A stretch of DNA of 63,867 nucleotides, filler included, from Choristocarpus tenellus KU-1152 (Eukaryota; Protista; Phaeophyceae), in the NCBI GenBank assembly GCA_964200185.2. It is 13 parts of 13 records of this genome, joined end to end, with 100 filler letters (N's around TTAATTAATTAA, not from the genome) between each part and the next. Parts side by side here need not be neighbours in the genome. Positions count along the whole stretch, not along the records: positions 51,717 to 54,650 come from CAXNAD020023538.1; positions 54,751 to 61,008 come from CAXNAD020008547.1; positions 61,109 to 63,867 come from CAXNAD020024986.1; 10 more parts are not named here. One strand, given 5' to 3'. The notes under the pieces are model-generated. The model was not told where the DNA came from. It saw only the letters and a list, made by a program, of their open reading frames with translations, and ran no database searches. The translations under genes and the position numbers were made by a program. Shown piece after piece: positions 52,596-63,867 of this stretch (position 1 is its first letter; every line of letters begins with the position of its first letter).

Positions 52596-52846
52596 GAGTG
52601 AAAGTATCTTATAGGGTACGAGTTTTGCCCTGTTTGTCCGTTTGAGGCTTGCCTTTCCATGTTTTTTTTAATGACATTTCCTACTCCTATTTTTTCGGGG
52701 TAGGTAAAGTGTTATTTTATTAATGTGACAGGAACAAGGACATTGACACTTCCTAACTACACGATAGCCAAAATTACATCAAAATCGCAACGTTGGAATT
52801 AGGCCCTCAAATGGACGCGGCTCTACCCTCTAAGATACTCTGACTC
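52596..52846. mobile_element. Family 1 MITE
   Basis: gagtgaaagtatcttatagggta...taccctctaagatactctgactc with TGAA on both flanks. Confidence 0.9.
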
Positions 52847-53479
52847 TGAAGCAGTTCGAGGAAAGGATGGGCATAAAGGATCCCCGTTGGCATTTATTTC
52901 GAATGCTTTTGCCTCTGTTCATGAAAACAGAGACAGAGACACGGACACTGTAGAGAAGAGGATCGATAGGGATGTGGCACCTATTACTGAATGGGTGAGC
53001 GACAAATTACAGGACGATGACGGAGATGATTCTGCCTATGTAAGCATAACAGAAGAGATTGTGGAGGCTTTATCTCCGAGCTCCTACGCTCGGTAAATGC
53101 ATCAACAACTCCACACTACCGTGTTCAAACACAGGTTCTCCAACAGGTCATATGTTCGATTAGACTCTTTCAACTCTATTGGACAGTAATGGTAAACTGT
53201 ATATATATGGAGTAAGAGAACAATCATTAGTGATTAAGTTATCAGAACCTTTTATTAGTGATTAGCTATATGAGAACATTTCTCATATAAAAGGAGATAT
53301 TTATGATTTTATGGGTGCTACATGCCGCACTTAGCTTTAATCAATCACTCTATAGACATCAAGCAATCTCCCTGGGTTTATCACCTTTTATTCTTTTCGA
53401 TGATTTGGTCCATACTTTAACACAATATATTGAACCTTAGGTTTCTAATCCGTCCTTTCATCATGTCTTCACATACATG

Positions 53480-54280
53480 GAGATGAGATTCCTGTTCCTG
53501 CCGAGGGCCCATCTGTTCAAGAATTCTGGCAGCTTGGTGACGGTAGCGGATCTATAAAAAAATGTTAGCAATCTCATGTTACATTCTGATAGAGTCAGCA
53601 ACGGAAATAATCTCGTCGTCCAGGCCGCTGTGCCCACCACACGTGTTACAGGCGAATAGCGCAAGTGTTTCTTCTTGTATTTCAACGAAGTGCGAGCATT
53701 TGTTACTCGCGAATAGCACGAGCATTTTATCCTCATGTTTTAGGATATACGAACATTTGTGACAGACGTATAGTGTAAAGATTGTTTCTCGAGTTCTGAC
53801 AAGTACAAACTATATACAACATTAGTAACACATAGTTAGCCTTACAGGATAAATGATTCTTTTGAGAAGATGCAGAGTAAGATTCGGAATACCTACGCAA
53901 CATTACAGAAGAAAATGTCAGTCACTAAGAAGTTCAAGAATAAAGGCTTATAATTGGAGTACCTATAGAGTAGTTGATAGAAGACCAACGAAATTCGGTG
54001 GAAATAATAAGAGAGCTCTTTAGTGGAAACATTTTTTACCTCCCTCATGCTCCAGTCCTTTTTATCTCTGAACGAAACATTGAGTTAAGCTGTGAGCTAA
54101 GCACAGAGTGGAGTATCGAGAGAAAGGCTACCTGACATTCTACAAACCGTTGTAAAAGGCAACGCCCCCATAGCGCCGTCTTAAGGTCATTGGATTTGAG
54201 TTGTACATCCTGTGGAGGTGAGCTTTGAGGGGCGCCTGTAACACACGGCCTCCGGCTGGGCACGTACCAGTCGAAGTGTG
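53480..54280 (-). mobile_element. Degraded Copia RNase H-region fragment, same family as 43900-44420
   Basis: Shared blocks gttac(a)ggcgaatagcgcaag, agaagatgcagagtaag and catcctgtggaggt. Confidence 0.65.
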
Positions 54281-54613
54281 TCATATGGAACCCATGTTGA
54301 GGGAAATCTCCCAGAGAGGGGAAACAGTTCGGATGCTGTGAGCGTCAGAAGTGGGGCGAGCTGGAGGTCCAGTTCTTCAGTGAGTTTGGGGTCAGGCGCA
54401 CATATTGTTCGCTCTAAGACTAAGAGGTTAAGGACCCAGCCACCAAAAATATTGGACGACTCGGACTGGCTCAAAGTATCTGTGGGGGGGGGTGGCGGCT
54501 GTCCATTTGGAGCCAATTTCTTCATGTCGCGATTTTTGGGTGATTTGGTTCCATACGTTGGATGGACAATGAAAGTGCACCTTTCCTGGTTTTGGTTCGA
54601 ATGGACACTCTGG

Positions 54614-54650
<37 letters not shown>

Positions 54651-56731
54651 NNNNNNNNNNNNNNNNNNNNNNNNNNNNNNNNNNNNNNNNNNNNTTAATT
54701 AATTAANNNNNNNNNNNNNNNNNNNNNNNNNNNNNNNNNNNNNNNNNNNNACAACCAAAACCCCCAAAAATCGCCACAAGGAAAATTGAGCCCTGAATGG
54801 ACAGCCGCCCCCCCCCCCCCCCCTCCGGATATTTTGAGCTATGCCTGGTCAATTTTTGGAAAAGTGCTTGTGGGAAGTTCTTCTGTGAACTATAATAGTA
54901 GTGCCAGATATGTGGTAATAGTATTATTGAGAATGGGCAGGAGGATATCTAAGCTTGATAGGCTATATGATCTATATATCACTGGAGTGTGTTTTGTTGA
55001 ATGAGACAGGTATTAATAGCACTTGATTTGATTGTGTTGACGACTGAGTGTGTGAGGTGCTGATAACCAGAATTCTCCTATATCACGGGATGGGAGGGAA
55101 GTTTCAATAGTTGCAAATGTAGCTTGTAGAGGTTAATTGTGGTAGTATACAAAAGGAGTGTCTGTAGCAGGCACAAGAGGAGTCTCAATGTGTTCACTGC
55201 CAAAAGGAAAGGACTCTTTGAGGTGTAGACACCAACAAATGTTCTGACACTGTGTGTAGGGTATACTTCTATATTATACTATACTAACTATACTATAGTA
55301 CTTGATTAATGTTCTTACACTGTGTGTAGACTATACTACTGTACTATACTATTCTATGATGCTTGACTAGAGTTTTTTTTAATACTGCATAAACAAAAAC
55401 AAAAAGTGATGGTTTTATAGATGGTTTTATAGATGGTTGATAAAAACAACACGCAAGGTGTGATAACCAGGCCCAGGAGGTATCAATCAGCTGAGTCAAA
55501 CATGATCTGTATGAAAGAGAATATTTCACTTGGTTTTTGAATGCTGCCGTTGAGTATGGAATATTTCACTATGTTTTCATGACACAGTCAAAATCATAGG
55601 GTGGATTCTGAATGGAGTTTTATGTACATATATATGTGAGTGTACTTCTATATGTGTGTGTATGCAGATATGTATGTACGTATGTTTGTATGTATATGAT
55701 ACATAAGAGTGTGCACAATGTTGAAGTGATGCAAGTACTCATCCAAACATTTTCCTTTTATATTGCCCTGTGTTTACCAGAGTGTATTTTTTTCCAGTGG
55801 GCGTTGCCTGTTGGATGTGGGTTGGAGACCCCTCTGACTGTTACAAAAAATAATATTTATGTAGAAATAACAGTAAAGTACAGTCTCTGCTATGTATGGT
55901 ATTGCTGCAGGTACCTTGTTTTTTTAAAAGGTTAGGGTTAGGGTTAGTCTATGAATTTATACAAGGGTTCATCGTAGATTGGTTATTTAATAGTCTGAGG
56001 TTTGGGATACAACAGGCAATAGGTTCTTTCATGTTGTTGCCAAAGAGGGCTGGGCCTGTGCCATACCTCCCCTCCCCCCTTCTCCTTCGAAGAACATTGC
56101 ACTGCACTGGCTTTATCCGTCCTGTAATAGTAGTAGTACATACCGCATACCACCCCTAACCCTATACTGTTCCGCCTGGGATGGGTACAGTGCTTATCGC
56201 TCTCAGTTCATTTTAATAGTGATATATATATATATATAGTTGGTTGTTTACACACACAAAATGTTTGTACTGAATGTGATATGTATTAATATAGTTTATT
56301 GCTACTCCATCCCTCTGTTTACTATAATTGTTTTGGACATTTTCTGGGGAGGACTCTGCTTAAAATAAACAACTAGACAACATATAAAATATATATATAT
56401 AACATAATACATATATTTAACTCTTTCATGGGGATCAGTTCTGGCAGTGATGAATGAGACCTAGGCTATTGAGACTTTGGGTTGAGACCTCGTTGTGGGT
56501 TTTTGATAGACCCCCGACCTAAGTATTTTAGAAAGTCTGATGAAAGTCTGATGCTTATATTTTTAGGATGGCCTCCCTCCCCCACAAAGTGTTTGGGGTT
56601 AGGATTAGGGTTAGGGTTAGGGTTTGAAGTGATGGTGAACAGAGGAAGTGCTAGTGTGCGTTTTGTTGTGCATTATGTTACATTATTATGTTACATGTTA
56701 TGTTATGTTTACTGCTTGGCGGTGTCTTCAG

Positions 56732-59700
56732 GCGTGGATAACAAGGAGGCGTTGGCCAACGAGGCCTCCTTCTTTCGGCAACACCCTGTCTTCAAGGAGT
56801 TGCCGTCCTCCCTGTTTGGGGTTTCGCACCTGACCAAACGGCTGACTGATCTACTTGTGGGTAGAATCAAGGCCGCTCTGCCCTCCATCAAGTGGGAGGT
56901 GACAAAATAAGTAATAGATGAATCTATAAATAATGTTGGTGTTACTCTATTTATGATGTTGATGTTACTCTATTTATGATGTTGGTGTTACCCTATTTAT
57001 GATGTTGATGTTACTCTATTTTTGATATTGATGTTGCTCTATTTATGATGTTGGTGTTACTCTATTTATGATGTTGGTGTTACTCTATTTATGATGTTGA
57101 TGTTACGGTATTTTTGTTGGGTGTATGTTTAGGGTTAGGGTCTGTCGAGCGTCCTCCATTTTTATATTGTGTTTTTTAAGGGTGTCATGTTCTGCAGTCT
57201 TAGGTCGTTTACACATTTTTTTTCATTGTGGTGTGACTGTTCACATGGGCATTGTGTTTTTTTGTGTATATAGGTTTCGTTTGTTTGCTTGTCATCTTGT
57301 GTAGTATATAGTCCATCTTATGCAGTATCTAGTCCATCTTGTATCACAAGCATGATCACCCATCTCGTTGCCAATAGATCAAAAATATAAATCTATTTTT
57401 ACTGCCCCCCCCCACCCCCCCCCCCCCCCCCCCCCCCCTCCCCCGACNNNNNNNAAAACAAAATAATTAATTTTTTTTTTTTGCCCCCCCCCCCCCCCCC
57501 TCTCCCACCTTGCCTTGTGGTGTTTTTGTTGATGTAATGGCGATTGTGGCTTTATTGTTTTGTGATTGTGATTGTGATTGTGATTATGATTATGATTATG
57601 ATTATAATCAGATTCAGTCGCAGGTTGTACAGACAGACAAACTCCTCAAGCCCATGGTGAAGGGTGTACCTCAAACTGCTGCGGAGTGTCATAGTAGCCT
57701 GATGAAAATTGTCAGTGACTATTGCAGACTTCTGAGGCAGGTAGGTACTTGTAGGTGGCTACCTCTTCCACCCATCTCTCACCTCTCTCCCTGCCCCTAC
57801 GCCTGTCCTTGTCCTCTTGCGATTCTTACCCCTAACACTGCCTCTAACCCTATTCTAACCTATTGTGGTCAGTGATGACAATTCAGGGAACATGAGGATA
57901 CAGAAGAACTTGGTGGAGAGTGCAAGATGATGTTTTTGAATGCGTCCCGTGTTCATGTTTTTTGTATTGTATTTGTGTGAGTATTACAGTATACTATATT
58001 ATTATTGTTATATTATTGTGATACTGTTGTTAGCTCTATAGGGTTAGGGTCAAGATTTTCTGTTTTGTAGGATGCAGGGGAAGGTTGGTTGGAAAAGGAA
58101 AGAGTAAAGGGGGAGGGGGCATTAGACCTTATTGTGTTTGTGGGGCTGACCCTGTTCTCACCTCCAGGGGATAGTTGTACAGTTACAGTTACAGTTATGT
58201 TCCTATTGATGTTAGTATTTCTGTATCTGATGAGCACATGGTGGATTAAACTGTGGTTAAAGCAGTTTGTTGATATTACGGTAATTATATGTTCAATCTT
58301 GAGACTGTTGTGGCTTTCGATGTTGGTCTTGAGTCCATCATACCTGGGTGAAAATATTGAACCTGAGGTATGCCTTGTTATATACCTTTTTATGTACTTT
58401 TTGTATTACCTTTTTGTGTGTACCTTTTGTATGTACCTTTTGTATGCACCTATTTGTGTTGTTTTCTTGTATTGGTATTGTGCTATGGTTGTCATATTTG
58501 CCATGATGTTAATGGATGTTTATGGATGTTTATGGGGGGTATCAAATAGCTTCTCGGTCAGGGCATTTTTACCCAGAAAGGTACTTCAATCATCTCTTTG
58601 GTCCCTGTTGGGATACTTGTAGATCTCTCTCTCTCTCTCTCTTGGTGAAAGGCTGATTTTACGTCAACAACTGTGCTTGGTGTGTATGATTGGTGCTGTA
58701 CCTTTAATATTTACTATTAAATCACTTCAATACCTTGTTTTGTCAATGCTGTCTTTGTGTATTTGTGTGTGTGTGTGTGTGTTGACTTTATGGATTTCAG
58801 GTTGTATCATGTTCAAATACTATTTATTATCTCCAATGCAGTTGTGATTTCACTGAAGGTATATATTTTTATGAGGATTTCGTAACACAGAGAATAACCT
58901 CAAGAGCCTTTTCCCCCCCCCTCGCCCCCCCCACAAAACCATTCCATCCTGTTTCCACCTGGTGGTCTCTCATGTGTGCAATAATGCATGTCCATGTCCA
59001 TGTCCCTATCGACCGGGATGATCAGTCAGCCAGGGGTTACTACCGGGATGATGTGCTGTCTGCGAGGCCAGCTCTCCGCCTTCATGCTGCCAGCCAAGCC
59101 ATTTTCAAGTGAGTGTTGTGGACATGAGTAGAAAAGTATCACTTAGGCTCTCTTCCAATGTGTTTCAATTACCAAGTATCACTTAGGTTGAGCCTAGACA
59201 GGCGTTTCTAATCATGGGTTGTAACGGCACAACTTCAACAGAGGTACTTTTTTTTAATGTGTACTTTGGATGTTTTTTTTTACAGATAGTAGCTTGCGTG
59301 ACTAGTCTATAACCTGTTTTGCATGTTTTAATAAAAAAAAATGAAACTGTTCTGGATTCTGTATCAACTTTTTACTCTCTTTTATTTTGTTTTGATTTTT
59401 AACAGTGTACGCCTGTAGCACATGACTCAATCAGGACATATATATATATGTGTGTGTGTGTGTTTGTATATATATATGTATTACGTGTTTGGTACAGTGT
59501 ACCATTAATATATGCCTATACAGGAATGGCCATCTGTTGGGTGGATGGATGGATGGATGGATGTCTTTTATGTGTTGTTCACTCTCAACAATTACTCTTG
59601 AATCTATGGACACCTTCTCACCCGACACCACCCCTATGTATCACAAGCATACCCATATTATAACAGTTACAATGTGACCAATCTGTGCAACTCTCCTCCC

Positions 59701-59912
59701 TCTCCCCTCCCCTCCCCCCAAATTATTTAATAAAAATGAAATGGAAATGCTCTTTTGTTGTCTACATTTCCACATTTCCTGTGGACAGACAGCTGCATCA
59801 CAACATTGCAGCAACTGTACCTGGATTTAATGACACCGGGTTTGGGGATAGACTTGGCAGGGAAATGGCAGCCTTGAGGGGCAGAGAGATGCCTGGGTTC
59901 CTGAACCATCAG
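56732..59912 (+). CDS. Dynamin-family, Mx-like GTPase middle domain, partial (exons 56732-56898, 57612-57740, 59026-59108, 59789-59912)
   Basis: EALANEASFFRQHPVF..L...FGVSHLTKRLTDLLVGRIKAALPSI and LRGREMPGFLN; phases are compatible. Confidence 0.9.
56932..57105. repeat. Intronic minisatellite, 23-bp unit x ~7.5
   Basis: gatgttg(a/g)tgttactctatttat repeated head-to-tail. Confidence 0.9.
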
Positions 59913-61507
59913 GTAAGTGTTTTTTGTACTTTTATACTGTTAAATCTATCACAATTGTTTTACACAGTTTAATTTAAAAAAAGAGTTGAAAATGTAATTT
60001 GTGATAAGTTGGTTAGAAAATATTTAATATTTTTGTACTGTTCGATTGTTAAATCTATCACAACTGTTTCACACAATTTAATTTAAAATGATAGCTAAAA
60101 ATGTAATTTGTGATAAATTGGTTAGAAAATATTTAATATTTCACACTTTTGCTTGCATGTTCCAGTGGCATTGTCCCCCTTGCTTGGGTCTTATTATTTG
60201 AACCTCACAGACTTCAGCCCATACGTTCTGGAATTTTCTTTTGTGTGTGAACTGTTTGTTGCCGTCCTGTGGATTTTCTTTTGATTTGGAATTGTGTCTG
60301 TTTTTCTGCCTCTTTACCTGTGTTTTTTTGTTGTGGTAGTGAGTGTACACTAATGGTAATGTGTTGGATACTCTTATCCAGTGAACGCTGGTAGGTGATT
60401 GGTCTACCTTGGTACTGTTGCAGGAGTTAAGTTTTTTTGTTGGGAATCTTGTTTCCTCTCCTCTATCAGTATGTGCAAGATATACTACTTTGTGGTGTAT
60501 TGATTGGTCTGTGAAAGGGTTGAGGCTCTTTGATTCTCTGCAAGAGTTGTGGGGCAATGGCAATCATGAGAGTGAACTGGCTCTTTAACCAACACGGACA
60601 GGACTGAGTTTGACGGGTCTTGACCCCGCATCGTGACTTCAATCTTTTGAAAAATCAGAACAGAAATAATCTCAGTGTACAACAGATGTCTCACATTGGC
60701 TGGGGAATGACACAGGAGATTTGGGATGTATCGGTAAGATTTGGAATGTATGGAATTGGAATGTTCTGAGAGTGACACTCCTTGCTACTGTTTGGCCAGA
60801 TGTGTCTGGTGTAGATCTTTGTAGGTGTGTCTGGTTTGTGGACTGACTGTTAATGTTGAGGCAGGTTCAATGACCTTGTTGGCGTGTGCAAATGTGTATG
60901 GGTCATCTCCACAAAGTTGTTTTCGCGAGATGTACATACGTACATATACATACATATATATATATATACATACATACATACATACATACATACATACATA
61001 CATACATANNNNNNNNNNNNNNNNNNNNNNNNNNNNNNNNNNNNNNNNNNNNTTAATTAATTAANNNNNNNNNNNNNNNNNNNNNNNNNNNNNNNNNNNN
61101 NNNNNNNNATGCAAAAGAGTGGTAAAGAGGGATGAGCCAACAGTGGGGGGCGGGGGGGGGGGGTTGTAGGGTAGGTGTCACATGCAAGCAAAATGCAGGT
61201 ACAGTGTTTAACCTCAAGTTTTAACAAAATATTTTGAAGGACTAGAAAAACAGAAAATCCGGTTCTCAAACAACATCCTACCCCACCTCCCACACGCCTC
61301 CAAGTTAATGTCAAAAACTAGGCAAGAGCTCAAACTGCAATAGCAAGAGGCCCAAAAGGTGATTCCCCTTTCACCTACATGGCTATGCACACAAATACTA
61401 AAGAGTAAACAGCTCATGCCTGCAAAAACAAAGCAGTATTTCATCTGCACCTCACAGTATCCATTCCCCCATCCCAACCTAAACAACACACACATACACA
61501 TACACAC

Positions 61508-63539
61508 TTTGTTAGTGGTCTGCAAGTTGTCGTTGACCACCACGCCATCCCGCTCAGAGAACACCACCCCAGCCTTCATCAAGCCTATGTTGTTTACATT
61601 GGGCTTTCGTCCTGTCGCTACAAGAAGCGCATCACACTCCACCACCTTCACATCATTCCCACAAGGACAACATCGGCAATGGAGGGGTGGAGACATTTAA
61701 AAAGCATTCATAATGTATTCAAAATGGGTAATTATGGTGAAAGTACAGTAAATGCAATTCAGGGGACCAGGTATGGTGCCTAAGCAGTGCCAGCTGGCTT
61801 CATATGGGTTGAATTCTCGCCATTTAACATCAGTACTATTACTACTATCTATAACACTAATTAGTCTGAGGGGTTCTACACCTATGGTTGAAAAGATTGT
61901 CCAAAGAAGGCAATAGGCACTGCTTTTCAAAGGCAGCAGTAAGGGGAAGGAGATGGGAAAGGGGCAGAAATCCACAAACAAGCAGTCAATCAACAACCAC
62001 CAATCATAGCGTCCCACAAAACAATCCCTGAAAATGACCAGTGTACTAGCACACAGAGACACAAGTACAATCCCCCCCCCACATCTTCTCCTTCTCTTAC
62101 TCCCTGCTTCCACTCCATCCTTTTCTACCCATCTGATCATGAAGAGAACCTGTTTGAAGCCACCCGCTCACCTGCTCAACACCATCAATCTCGATGACCA
62201 CCTTCACAATAGGGAAGTTCTCATCACCACCAACACTGCTCGACTCCACCCTAACGAACTTGCACCCAAACTTGAACTTCATCCCATCCTTCACCAGAGA
62301 TTCCATCACAAGGTGACTAGCATCCTCATCTTCCTGAACAAAGAAAGTGCGTGAGATTAAGGTTAGGGAGGATCTGGGGTCGATGACAATTTTTGCTCAT
62401 GAAAAAAGCAATAGAACACAAGAGATGAGGATGAGGGGGAAAAGGAGAGACCGCTTTGAGTTTGATTGTTCATTTCAAGGAGGATAGTCAAAAGTCAAGG
62501 GACACCCCTCGTCCGCACCCCCTCGCCACACCTACCTTGGGCATGATCTTCCCAGACCGGATGAGCACAGTCACCTCAGAGCCAAACCGACACATTGCCT
62601 GCGCTAGTTCTAGGCCAATTGGACCGCCTCCAATCACCACCTAATATATCACGAAAGAGAGAGCCAGCTTGAGTCCAACAACTGACCCACACGTATCAAT
62701 CAGGTTTTGAGGGATTGACAACTTGGTTTCTGCCACATCCTGGGAAAAACCAAAACGGTTGAGCTTCTTTGATAGTAGGTGGGGGAGGAGAGCCGCGTCA
62801 GTTGGATTCCTACCACACGCCCTATGAAACATTTGATTGAAAGCTTGGAACTGAAACATCTGAAACTGAAACGACTGAAACGACAAAGCACCTATGCCGT
62901 TCATCTGCCACAATTCTCGCATCCCCCACCTGTACCTCTGTCCTGCCAACTAGTTGGTCACCTAATATGTTCACCAAATATGCCCACCTAATCCTTTCTA
63001 ACCATTCTGTCTTTCTGCCGAGTATGTTCCCCAGAAATAATAAAATAATTGACACCCCATTGCGCCTTGCGAAAATAACAAAATAATTGCCCGCCACGAG
63101 GAAAAAAAATGGATGGCAACCCTAACCCTAACCCTAAGAAATATACAGTCCGTAACAATACTTCCTGCTACAGCAACAGCAAGGAAAAAAAGGAGAATGC
63201 CTCCATACCTTCACAAAACCAGAGCAGATGCACTACCATCTGCATCGACTCACAAACGCCTCAATTAACACCAAAAAAACAATTACCCACCCACAGCACT
63301 TCTCCCCCCTCCCGTTCCTTTCTATCCAGTACATGTTGAAAACTAGCTTGAAATTGCTCTAGGAACACCTCCCATCACCACCTCTCCCAACTCACCAGGC
63401 GAGGGGGCAAGGAAGTAAGGTTGAATATGGAAGCATTCGTGAGATAAGGAGCTTCCTTCAGGCCAGGGATAGGGGGCAACGAGGCAGTCCCTCCTGTGGC
63501 CACAACCGCCTTCCGGAATCGCAGCAACTTGCCATTCAC
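61508..63539 (-). CDS. Class I pyridine nucleotide-disulfide oxidoreductase (mercuric reductase / dihydrolipoamide dehydrogenase-like), partial (exons 63539-63396, 62640-62536, 62333-62172, 61645-61508)
   Basis: FRKAVVATGGTASLPPIPGLKEAPYLTNASIFNLTSLPPRL/VVIGGGPIGLELAQ/EDED/DALLVATGRKPNV...VVVNDNLQTTNK; all phase-0 junctions. Confidence 0.92.
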
Positions 63540-63867
63540 CTTCTCCCAGTTGTAATTCAGTGCATGGGGGGAGGGGAGGACTCAAAAACTTTAGAGAGAG
63601 GGTACTATCGATCTATTAATATTGTACTATGCTCTACAGAACACAGAGAGGAATGGACAGTGAAATTGATCTGATGTGTAATCGTGCCCTAAGATTCCTC
63701 TAACTGAACAACACAGATGTACACTAGATCAAGGGTTAAGTATCAATAGCATACCACGTCATCAGTACTCGGGAGCACTCTGGAGCCCAAAGCTAGAAAC
63801 AAAAAAAGGAGGGGGGGGGGGGGGGGGGGGCGGCACCCCACGCGCCGACGTGGAGCCGCGAGCAAAC

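Noticed and set aside
52887-53096. Acidic 69-aa frame ending at a GT donor
   Set aside because: May be an exon, but there is no recognisable motif or partner exon, so it is not called.
56932-57105. 23-bp repeats as a CRISPR array
   Set aside because: No unique spacers or cas genes; an intronic minisatellite.
58089-58622. 177-aa hydrophobic ORF as a membrane protein
   Set aside because: Lies in a T-rich intron of the dynamin gene; low-complexity composition explains the translation.
60140-60900. Possible degraded LINE reverse transcriptase
   Set aside because: Only vague motif remnants; cannot be supported without an alignment.
29638-63539. SelD-type and MerA-like genes as a selenium/mercury detoxification cluster
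   Set aside because: They lie on different contigs separated by artificial linkers.

Overview
This window is not one locus. It is 13 short contigs joined by artificial 100-nt linkers (N44-TTAATTAATTAA-N44). The DNA is eukaryotic and intron-rich; by inference it is a stramenopile, probably brown-algal lineage (GT-AG introns, TTAGGG motifs, FNIP-type repeats). Spliced gene fragments recovered by hand: histidinol dehydrogenase, a TPR exon, a STAND/AAA-NTPase-TPR protein, an EF-hand/C2H2/SH3-like protein, a membrane protein, an FAD oxidoreductase of the SelD-fusion type, a C2-domain protein head-to-head with an unknown gene, an Mx/dynamin GTPase and a MerA-like flavoprotein disulfide reductase. 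One complete intronless FNIP-repeat ORF sits behind long inverted repeats. The rest is mostly mobile DNA: two related MITE families (nested, 3- and 4-bp TSDs), a DD39D-type mariner apparently split by an inversion, and degraded Copia, Gypsy and LINE remnants. No CRISPR array, rRNA, tRNA or prokaryotic operon was seen. The best novelty candidates are the palindrome-flanked FNIP cassette, the MITE system, the inverted mariner and a high rate of AAG splice acceptors. All calls are by eye, without database searches.
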